From the sequence record OQ790161.1: a DNA stretch of 64,000 nt. One strand, 5' to 3'. This document shows, piece after piece, positions 43,782 to 51,433 of this stretch. The translations under genes and the position numbers were made by a program. Each line of letters starts with the position of its first letter. The first letter of the stretch is position 1. The notes under the pieces are model-generated. The model saw only the letters and a program-made list of their open reading frames with translations. It did no database searches and was not told the origin of the DNA.

Positions 43782-44930
43782 TTACGGCGCCAGCTGACCG
43801 TTCAGGCCGCCGGAGATTTCCGCCACGAAGGACACGACCACCGGATCGAAGCCGCCGTTCTTGCGCACGGCCTTCAGTTCGATGTCGTAGCTGCCGTAGG
43901 GCGCGCCAGCGGCGTTCACCGGCAGGGTCGAACCCAGCTTGCCCTTGTAGAAGGTCACGCGCTGGATGTCCTGGTACAGGGTCTGCTCTTCGTTGTAGGC
44001 GTTGACGTCATCGAGGATCAGCTCGTTGGCCGAGTCCACGAAATGCAGACGGCCGTAACGGCGCACCAGCTTGAAGTTCAGCACACCGCCGCCGGGGGCA
44101 ACGATCTTGAGCGAGCAGTCGTACAGATCGGTGAGCTTGTCACCGTTGCGCGTGTCGATCAGGTTGAACGAGTACGGCAGGTTCCAGTCGGCGTGTTCGC
44201 CGATGTTCAGGATGTACTTGCCATCGACCGAAGCGAAGGTCTGCGGCACCTTGTACAGACGCGCACCGCCGGCCACTTCGATTTCGCCATTGCTGGCCAC
44301 GATCAGGTTGGTGGAGGGATTGCCTTCGCCCACGATCAGGGTGCCGTCGTACTTCAGTGCCGACGGGGCCGGACTGACGTTGGCAGCAACGTCGGGGGTT
44401 TCGATGATCGAGGTGTCCGGCTCGATGTCTTCGAGCAGGGTGATCGAGAACTGGCCGACGAAACGCAGCGACATCGGATCGGCACGCACGACCACGTCCT
44501 TGGGGAACGGGCCGTCCGGAATCGGGGTCGGGGCCAGGTCTTCGGTGGCGCCGGTGTCGAAGGCCACGCGGACTTCTTCCAGCAGCGGCAGGATCAGGTC
44601 GCGGTTGTCCACGTAATCCTGATTGCGCAGCTTGATGTTCTTCTTGGCGAACAGGCGGCCCAGGTCGAAGCGCTCGTAGTAGATCTCGCCGGTGACCGGG
44701 TCAGCGTCGGATTCGCCGGCCTTGGGTTCGACCGGGAAGGTGATGTCGATGTCGGTGTTCCAGGACTCATCAGCCGAGGGGCGCGGGGCGCCGATGATGA
44801 GCTTCTTGGCCGGATCGGTCTCGGTGAGCTGATCGACGGTGTAGCTGGTGCCATTGGTTTCGTTGATACGTTCCAGCAGGTAGTGCTGGCCCGGCATCAG
44901 CAGGTCAGCGACCTTTTCCGAATTGGACAT
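43782..44930 (-). CDS. Virion structural paralog with distinct C-terminal beta domain
   Basis: WNTDIDI...IYYERFDLGRLF...DPMSLRFVGQFSI then a different domain. Confidence 0.72.
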   Translation of the reverse strand: MSNSEKVADLLMPGQHYLLERINETNGTSYTVDQLTETDPAKKLIIGAPRPSADESWNTDIDITFPVEPKAGESDADPVTGEIYYERFDLGRLFAKKNIKLRNQDYVDNRDLILPLLEEVRVAFDTGATEDLAPTPIPDGPFPKDVVVRADPMSLRFVGQFSITLLEDIEPDTSIIETPDVAANVSPAPSALKYDGTLIVGEGNPSTNLIVASNGEIEVAGGARLYKVPQTFASVDGKYILNIGEHADWNLPYSFNLIDTRNGDKLTDLYDCSLKIVAPGGGVLNFKLVRRYGRLHFVDSANELILDDVNAYNEEQTLYQDIQRVTFYKGKLGSTLPVNAAGAPYGSYDIELKAVRKNGGFDPVVVSFVAEISGGLNGQLAP

Positions 44931-45064
44931 GGAGTGGTTTCCCTAGCTAGGTGGATAAATTCTTGGGTGAATCAGGGGGATGCGCATTCCCCTTGCATAC
45001 AATGAACCCAGTCGGTATTTTTTACGCATCTGCCTAGTCTTTATAGTCACACTAGGAGACTGAC

Positions 45065-45610
45065 ATGGAGAACGTTATCCCGTTCCATCCAGCTGTCAAG
45101 AATATGCCCTCTACCGAGCCGATGACTGATGGCGAACGCCGTTCACTGACTGTGATGCTCGGGCGTTTGGCACACGACAGTCCCTTCCCCATGAACATGG
45201 TATTGCGGGCATTGGCTGTCACGGTACGCGATTACAACTTGGAAGATGTCCAGCTGAAGGACCTTGCTCCCAAGGGATATGTCATCAGTGCCAACTACCC
45301 CAACTTTGGGTTGCACTGGATCTTTCGTCTACATGCGGATCTGTGGATGGCCAAAGGCAGTCCTATGTCCATTGATGATGTCCGGCAGATACTCAACCGG
45401 CATTCCAAGAGTTTTGCCTCCACCGAGTTCGCTGGGCGCTTTGCCTATCGCTTCTTAGATGACTTGAGTAAGCATCTCCGCATTACCTCAGTTAGCGCAC
45501 ACGGTGAGTCGGTGGTGGTGGCCGGTCAAATCCAGCACGAGCAATTCCCGTGGGATAAAACGAACTGCCATTACCACAACTTTGAAATGGTGTTGAGCCG
45601 GCACCATTGA
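45065..45610 (+). CDS. Hypothetical protein
   Basis: CACACTAGGAGACT RBS element, AT-rich upstream; lower GC3. Confidence 0.7.
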   Translation: MENVIPFHPAVKNMPSTEPMTDGERRSLTVMLGRLAHDSPFPMNMVLRALAVTVRDYNLEDVQLKDLAPKGYVISANYPNFGLHWIFRLHADLWMAKGSPMSIDDVRQILNRHSKSFASTEFAGRFAYRFLDDLSKHLRITSVSAHGESVVVAGQIQHEQFPWDKTNCHYHNFEMVLSRHH

Positions 45611-45680
45611 ACTGTATTTGAGAACTATAATACCCTAGTGAGTAGTCCACAATAACAAACCTCACTAGGAGTTCAAACTC

Positions 45681-46241
45681 ATGTACGACAACATCCGCAA
45701 CAACCCGGTCAAGCGTCTGGCCTTCCTGTTCACGCTGTTCCTCTCGCGAGCCGCTGACGCAGTGGGCAAACTGGGTGAGGACGTGGGCCATCTGTTCTTC
45801 CACCTGACCACCTACAAAGGCCGCATCGGCTACATCGACATCGATGTGGACGAAGAGCAGGCTGATGGCCTGATCCGTTACCGTCGTCGCAACGACTACG
45901 GTCAGGTGGTCTTGATGGACCAGCCCTTCCGCATCTCCAACCGCTGGCTGCTGCGTGGCCGCAATGTGTTAGGTGGTGTGGCCCTGCTCCAAGTCCGCAC
46001 TGACGCTGACACGATGCACGGCATGGATGTGCACAGTGTGGTGTTGGGTAGCCACCTCCACAACCGTCGTGTGTTCAAGCCGTTCGACCTGACCCAGCTG
46101 CCCAGCGAAGAAGAGATCGCAGCACGCCACGCTCGCATGAAGCGTTTCCAGGACTTCATGGGTCGTCTGTTCCCCGCACGTGCACCGGCCAATGGCCTGT
46201 CGCGTGAGGAGATTGCCGAACTGATCGTCAAGCGCATCTGA
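45681..46241 (+). CDS. Hypothetical protein
   Basis: CACTAGGAG RBS; 186 aa. Confidence 0.75.
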   Translation: MYDNIRNNPVKRLAFLFTLFLSRAADAVGKLGEDVGHLFFHLTTYKGRIGYIDIDVDEEQADGLIRYRRRNDYGQVVLMDQPFRISNRWLLRGRNVLGGVALLQVRTDADTMHGMDVHSVVLGSHLHNRRVFKPFDLTQLPSEEEIAARHARMKRFQDFMGRLFPARAPANGLSREEIAELIVKRI

Positions 46242-46248
46242 GGTATTC

Positions 46249-46527
46249 ATGAACACACAAACCAAACCCATCCAGCAGCTCGCCGGTCGTATCCACACGA
46301 AGAATGGTGATTCCGCGAGGGTCCCGTTGGTGGAGTTGCTCTTCTTGGGCGACCTCACTGTGGATGAGCGCATGAAGGCGTTTCAGGATCGCATGCGCGC
46401 CCACGCCGCTGAGAAAGCAAAGGTGAGGATGGCCAAAGCAAAACGCATCAAGCAAAAACTGATGCGTGGCCGCTTCACCCATCGCCACAAAGGCAAGCCG
46501 ATGCGTCAGCACGCATTGGTCTCCTAA
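46249..46527 (+). CDS. Small basic protein, RGxFxHxxKGK-motif family member 4
   Basis: GAGG RBS; C-terminal MRGRFTHRHKGKPMRQH. Confidence 0.72.
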   Translation: MNTQTKPIQQLAGRIHTKNGDSARVPLVELLFLGDLTVDERMKAFQDRMRAHAAEKAKVRMAKAKRIKQKLMRGRFTHRHKGKPMRQHALVS

Positions 46528-46545
46528 TCGCAACAAGGACCTCCA

Positions 46546-46704
46546 ATGAAACGCGAAGAGCGCTACCCCGTTGAAGTCAATGGGGAAGTCATCCAAGTCC
46601 CGGCGCATTTCATGCACGAGAAGATCACGGCCTCCAACCTGGAGCACATCCGGATCTACTGGCATGTCACCACGCGTGAGCGCTACCACAAGAAACGTAA
46701 ATAG
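46546..46704 (+). CDS. Small hypothetical protein (52 aa)
   Basis: AAGGA RBS; MKREERYPVEVNGEVIQVP...; not in supplied ORF track; followed by hairpin. Confidence 0.62.
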   Translation: MKREERYPVEVNGEVIQVPAHFMHEKITASNLEHIRIYWHVTTRERYHKKRK

Positions 46705-46707
46705 AAC

Positions 46708-46725
46708 GAGGGCCTTCGGGCCCTC
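46708..46725 (+). terminator. UUCG hairpin followed by GCTTATGC
   Basis: GAGGGCC-TTCG-GGCCCTC. Confidence 0.7.
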
Positions 46726-46758
46726 GCTTATGCTTTCCCACCAATCGAGTACAAGTCA

Positions 46759-47718
46759 ATGAATGAAGCATCCCCGATGGACCAGTTCAAGCTGTTGCTG
46801 GACAGCGACGCCATCAAGTTCCATGCACTGGTCGACGCCATCTCGATCGATCACGGTTCGCAGGTGGCCACTGGTAACCTGATGTTCACCGAAGGTCTGA
46901 CCGAACACATCGGCGTGGAGCTGGTGGGCTTCGGCTCGGTGAGCGTGTCGGATCTGAAGGGCACCGCGCAACTGATCTTCGCCAACTACCCGCGTGGTGG
47001 TCTGGTGCCGGTCAGCTCGGTGGTCGCGCCCTACATCCGTGCTGCCGTGGAAGCAGGCGACCTGCCGCCGCAGGATGACGCCCAGTACTTCCAGTACATC
47101 GTCGATGAGTCCCAGCTGGACGAAGACGTGGAGGCAGTCAGCGAGAATCCGGTCTGGGTTCCCGACGGCGGCAACAGCCTGCTCGACAATCCCACCCTTC
47201 AGGCTGAACTGAAGAAGTACCTGGACGGGCTGGAAAAGGCGCGTTACAGCCGCATCGAAGAAGTGCGCCAGCAGTACCGCGAGCAGATCTTCGACAATGG
47301 CTTCACGGTCCTGCCGGTGTTCGACAACGAGACGAGCATCAACTTCGCCTACAGCATCGGCCTGTCGTTGAAGGACCTGCCTGAGCTGGGCGCCAGCGGT
47401 CGCTTCCCGCTGGACGTGTTGTCCGGCTTCGTCGCTCACTTCGCCGAGCTCTCGCTCAATGAAGGCCACGCGCTGCGTCAGCATCCCAACGCGTTCGAGC
47501 TGGAAACCGAACCGGGTTCGTTCGGCATGCGTATTGTGGAAGTGGATCCCCACAACGTGGTGGCACACCACTTCGTGCAGGCGCCGATCATCCTGGAACG
47601 TCCGGTGGGTCGAGTGTGCTGGATCCAGATCTCCGACGCTGCCGGCAACTGGCCGGGTGATCCGGACTTCGACAACAAGTTCGACCAGATCGATTTCGGT
47701 CCGGTCATCGCCAAGTAA
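46759..47718 (+). CDS. Protein with C-terminal DUF4262-like domain
   Basis: FAYSIGL...LPEL..SG...CWIQISDAAGNWPGDPDF pattern. Confidence 0.72.
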   Translation: MNEASPMDQFKLLLDSDAIKFHALVDAISIDHGSQVATGNLMFTEGLTEHIGVELVGFGSVSVSDLKGTAQLIFANYPRGGLVPVSSVVAPYIRAAVEAGDLPPQDDAQYFQYIVDESQLDEDVEAVSENPVWVPDGGNSLLDNPTLQAELKKYLDGLEKARYSRIEEVRQQYREQIFDNGFTVLPVFDNETSINFAYSIGLSLKDLPELGASGRFPLDVLSGFVAHFAELSLNEGHALRQHPNAFELETEPGSFGMRIVEVDPHNVVAHHFVQAPIILERPVGRVCWIQISDAAGNWPGDPDFDNKFDQIDFGPVIAK

Positions 47719-47729
47719 AAGGAGTCGTC

Positions 47730-48452
47730 GTGTCCAACACGTACCCCGTCCAGAGCATCCCCTTGCTCCAGATCTCCGCAGTTGATCCGGATCGTTACTG
47801 CTTCGTCGCTATCCACAGTGTGGGTCCGGGTGAACCCATCCCGGCCGATGCCACCAACTTCCGGCAGCTGGAGCGGATGATGGCGCAGCTGGAGCGTTTC
47901 ACTCCGGCACCGTGGCGTCAGTACTGGGCAGTCAATGCTCTGACTCCGGACATCCAGTACCTCGGCGAATTCAACGATCCCGACGATGCGGTGGAGAAAC
48001 TCGAAGCGAGTGACTTCCTGCGTAAGGAGGAGATGTTCGTGGTCAATTGCAGTGGAGCGGCCAGTCTGTTGGTTTCTGGCAATCAGCTGCAGTCGACATA
48101 CAACCATCCCAAGGGTTTCAAAGCCACGTTGTTGGATAGCTCCGGTAAGACCAGCGTGCAGTACTTCGAAGCGCCGGTACTCCAAGGCTATTCCATGGCC
48201 ACCCAGCTGTTCAGTAGCGATGATCCCAAGGTGTCGGTCACTGGCGTACGCGTCCTGCGCAAGTACGAAGACCCGTTCCTGCCGGAGGTGACTTGGGTTG
48301 CTACGTTCAGTCAGTACAGCCGCGGTTTCGGTGGGGGTGCTGAATGGACCCGTGAGATCCAAGCCACCACCCAGCGTGACGCCAGTGACGTGGCCGGGAA
48401 GTTCGCCGATCATCCTGATGACCATCTGGTCAGTGTCGAACGCAAGCGCTAA
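47730..48452 (+). CDS. Hypothetical protein
   Basis: AAGGAG RBS + GTG; 240 aa. Confidence 0.72.
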   Translation: MSNTYPVQSIPLLQISAVDPDRYCFVAIHSVGPGEPIPADATNFRQLERMMAQLERFTPAPWRQYWAVNALTPDIQYLGEFNDPDDAVEKLEASDFLRKEEMFVVNCSGAASLLVSGNQLQSTYNHPKGFKATLLDSSGKTSVQYFEAPVLQGYSMATQLFSSDDPKVSVTGVRVLRKYEDPFLPEVTWVATFSQYSRGFGGGAEWTREIQATTQRDASDVAGKFADHPDDHLVSVERKR

Positions 48453-48518
48453 GCGCCATAAGCCCCCTGCCCTCACGGGCGGGGGCGATATGCTGCTGAT
48501 CTTTTTTTTTCGTTTCTT

Positions 48519-48869
48519 CTACTGATACCACACTAGGAGACTCGTCATGAGTACATACACAGCCAACATCGTGGTCTCGCACAAGACGTGACGCACGAGC
48601 AGTCGTTGCAGTGGCGCATCTCTCTCCAACAAAGCGGTAGTAGTGACGCCGGCAAACTCGACCAGCAGAACGATCGTCACTACGTACAGTGGGAAATGAT
48701 TCAAGACGAAAAGAGTGCCCACCATCTCAGCCAAGCAGTGCATCATAAGTGCCACGTACCAAAATCGGTAACTACCGCGGCGCGATGCGCTATACCCGAA
48801 ATCGATCACGTGGGCCAACAATGCATGTTTGAGCAGGAGGAGTCCTAGCAATCCAGCCCCTGTCATCAC
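48519..48869 (-). CDS. Small multi-pass membrane protein
   Basis: AGGAG RBS on - strand; several hydrophobic helices; LLLKH...HVIDF N-terminus. Confidence 0.6.
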   Translation of the reverse strand: MMTGAGLLGLLLLKHALLAHVIDFGYSASRRGSYRFWYVALMMHCLAEMVGTLFVLNHFPLYVVTIVLLVEFAGVTTTALLERDAPLQRLLVRHVLCETTMLAVYVLMTSLLVWYQ

Positions 48870-48977
48870 TAGCTCCTACGTAGATCAACGCCAATCGAAG
48901 GATGGGTCCTACCAATCTACATAAATATTGTCAATTGGCTCGAGTGAAATCTTGATGAAATAATGACCAGCATAAGG

Positions 48978-48999
48978 GGAGGGCCCCGAAGGGCCCTCC
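48978..48999 (-). terminator. UUCG hairpin (- strand) after helicase
   Basis: GCATAAGG-GGAGGGCCC-CGAA-GGGCCCTCC on +. Confidence 0.72.
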
Positions 49000-49003
49000 T
49001 TGA

Positions 49004-50608
49004 CTAGGTCGGTAGGCCTTGGGTGAGCTCTCCACCGGAGGGCATGAACCAGGGCGTTTCTTCGCCACTGCCAATCGGTCCGCCACCGGGCGTACGACGG
49101 GAGGTGTCCGGCTTGCCCAAGTCGTCGCGGATGGCACCCACGGCAGCGAAGGGGAAGACGGTGTAGCGGAACTTGTGGGGCGTGGGTCGAGGTTTGCGAT
49201 GCTTGCCTCGTTGGACGGTGAGGAAGTCCTCGCCGTTGACCTTCTCGATGTGGATGAAGATCTCCAGATCCACTTCCTGATCCACCGTACCGCAGCTGTC
49301 GTAGTAACCCTTGCCTTCCAGATGCTTGACGAACTCGTTGACGCCAGCACGCACCATCTTCTTGGCTTCAGTGGACAACTGAGCCGGGGTGATGAAGGTG
49401 ATACCACGCGGGGCCATGAAGTTACGCACACGACGGAACAGGTCACGCACTTCCGAGCCGGTCGGACCGCCCTGCTGGCAACCCACCTTGGAGATCATGT
49501 TCAGGTAGTCGAAGACGATGGCATGGATTTCATAGCCCATGGTCTCGTACTGCGTCACCATGTCACAGATCGACTGGTAGGTCGTGGTGGACGGATCGCA
49601 ACGACCCATCTCAACGTGGTAGCCGTTGACCGACATGCGCTCGGTAATGTACTCCTGCGCTTCGGTGATGGCCGCCAGTCGCTGTTCCAGCGGGATGTTG
49701 GGATCCTTGAAGCGGTTCTCATCGGCCGGCAGGCCGGTGTCGTTCTCGTACAGACTGACGTACAGCTGCACGATGTTCATGTGCAACTCGTTCTCTGCCG
49801 AGATATGCAGGATCAGCGGTTTCTTGGTGGGGTCACGCATGTGCGGCGTATTGAACAACGCCAACTGCTTGAACAGGTTCAGCGTGAAGCCTGTCTTGTA
49901 GTTGTGCTGCAGTGCGCCGATCAGGACGAACTCGCCACGACGGAAACCACCGTGATCGCCCAGCATGCGGTTGATCGCTTGCCAGCCGGTTTTGAGGATA
50001 CCTTCCAGCGAGGTTTCCTCGGCTGCGCGCTGGATCAGCGAACGCATACCATCGCCGTCTGACAGATTGATCATCTGCAGCATACCGGCGACCTTGAACT
50101 CATCGGAGGCGCTATTGCGGAACGGCTCCAGCTTAGTGTTCAGGTCACTGACGATGTTTCGCCAGTCCACAGACTCGGGTCGGAAGTTGACCGCTGTGGA
50201 GTATTGCTTAAGAATGTCTTGGATGTTTGTCTGATTGATATGATCCCGCAACTCCATTCGGAGCTGCAAGCACTGTTTCTTCAGACGCCCCAAATCGGGC
50301 TCTTCCTCAATTCCCGCTTCGAAGGCCCAGTACAGGCCCTCATCTTCCGCCGTATTTACCCGTATCCTTTGAAGCACACTACCGCGATCCATCTCTTCGC
50401 CTGGGGCGAAGTCAGACATCCATGCAACGGTAAGGCGCAAAGACTGCAGCATCTCACGGCTGCGATCCATGTCCATCGTTGTTTCGGGGATCTTGATGGT
50501 GGTGAGAACTTCTTTAACGAGATTGGCAGAGTGGACCGTGGGGTCTTTCAGCTGGCCCTCTTTATAGAGCAGCGTGGCGATCTTGACCAAAAGCAGTTTC
50601 GGGTCCAT
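49004..50608 (-). CDS. dnaB: DnaB-like replicative helicase (phiKZ gp118 homolog)
   Basis: RRGEFVLIGALQHNYKTGF Walker A variant, HISAEN, IVFDYL Walker B, ITPAQLS, QEVDLE, QRGKHR; divergent from capsid operon as in phiKZ-like phages. Confidence 0.88.
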   Translation of the reverse strand: MDPKLLLVKIATLLYKEGQLKDPTVHSANLVKEVLTTIKIPETTMDMDRSREMLQSLRLTVAWMSDFAPGEEMDRGSVLQRIRVNTAEDEGLYWAFEAGIEEEPDLGRLKKQCLQLRMELRDHINQTNIQDILKQYSTAVNFRPESVDWRNIVSDLNTKLEPFRNSASDEFKVAGMLQMINLSDGDGMRSLIQRAAEETSLEGILKTGWQAINRMLGDHGGFRRGEFVLIGALQHNYKTGFTLNLFKQLALFNTPHMRDPTKKPLILHISAENELHMNIVQLYVSLYENDTGLPADENRFKDPNIPLEQRLAAITEAQEYITERMSVNGYHVEMGRCDPSTTTYQSICDMVTQYETMGYEIHAIVFDYLNMISKVGCQQGGPTGSEVRDLFRRVRNFMAPRGITFITPAQLSTEAKKMVRAGVNEFVKHLEGKGYYDSCGTVDQEVDLEIFIHIEKVNGEDFLTVQRGKHRKPRPTPHKFRYTVFPFAAVGAIRDDLGKPDTSRRTPGGGPIGSGEETPWFMPSGGELTQGLPT

Positions 50609-50640
50609 TTCTTCTCTTTCCAGACCAAAAGGGTTTCGTA

Positions 50641-51174
50641 ATGAAAATCGTGTACATCCCACCGGCGTTGTATCCCGCGCTCAAGAAGGCGGAGCTGCGC
50701 GCGCAAGACCTGCGTGACGTGGAGAAGTTGTTGAGCACACTATCGGCCGACGACGTAGCTTTTTATTTCGCCGCCAATGACGCACGTCGTTGCCCGATTC
50801 CCAAGCCGCTCGCCGACACCCTGCCGAACCTGATCTTCGGTGGCGATGCGGTGATGCCGTTCACCGACAGCGATCAGAGCAAGGCCGTGCTGGGCAAGTT
50901 CAACAGCATCAATGCCAACGGTTCGATGGCTGATATGTATGAAGAAGGTTCGCTGCTGACCAGCGATTGCTCGGAAGAGGACCTCCTGATCATCACCCAC
51001 GTGGCTGCCGACGCCAGCGTTGGGGAAAATGCAGCAAAGAATGACAAGGTATTCTATGACCGAATCATTCAGCAATTGCTGGCCTTCCAACCTCTCGAGG
51101 CGGTCATGGGTTCTCCCCTGCTGCTCGGGTGGATGAAGTCGGTTCAGGCCCTTGCGGAAACCCCTCGCAAGTAA
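50641..51174 (+). CDS. Conserved chimallivirus protein between helicase and MCP (phiKZ gp119 position)
   Basis: 177-aa ORF in syntenic position. Confidence 0.7.
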   Translation: MKIVYIPPALYPALKKAELRAQDLRDVEKLLSTLSADDVAFYFAANDARRCPIPKPLADTLPNLIFGGDAVMPFTDSDQSKAVLGKFNSINANGSMADMYEEGSLLTSDCSEEDLLIITHVAADASVGENAAKNDKVFYDRIIQQLLAFQPLEAVMGSPLLLGWMKSVQALAETPRK

Positions 51175-51247
51175 GCTTTCAAAAATCGCTGTAAACAATG
51201 CCTAATGATTTGGTAGTTGTTTTTCTACCGGGGCTCGTCCCCGCTTG

Positions 51248-51251
51248 TATG
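51248..51251 (+). promoter_or_regulatory. Candidate late-promoter TATG upstream of MCP
   Basis: TGTATGTAA in the 260-nt AT-rich MCP leader; TATG is the described phiKZ late (nvRNAP) consensus. Confidence 0.3.
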
Positions 51252-51433
51252 TAACAACGTCGTAAGTACGTAAATACGTACAGGCAAGTTACGCGCCCCT
51301 CGTTAGAAAAGTGGTGGTCAAAAGTAAAGCCTGCCTTGAGTGGCGGCGAGCTTGAGACTCCATCATTGTTTACGCGGTGGGGAATTAGGCTACTACTGCT
51401 GCCCTTCAAAACACACTCAAGGAAACACAAGTC

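Noticed and set aside
29206-48452. Possible paralogy between 29206..29673 and 47730..48452 (QFFGISADGQILWL..DAL vs QYWAVNALTPDIQYL..DAV)
   Set aside because: The similarity is too short and weak to support by eye.
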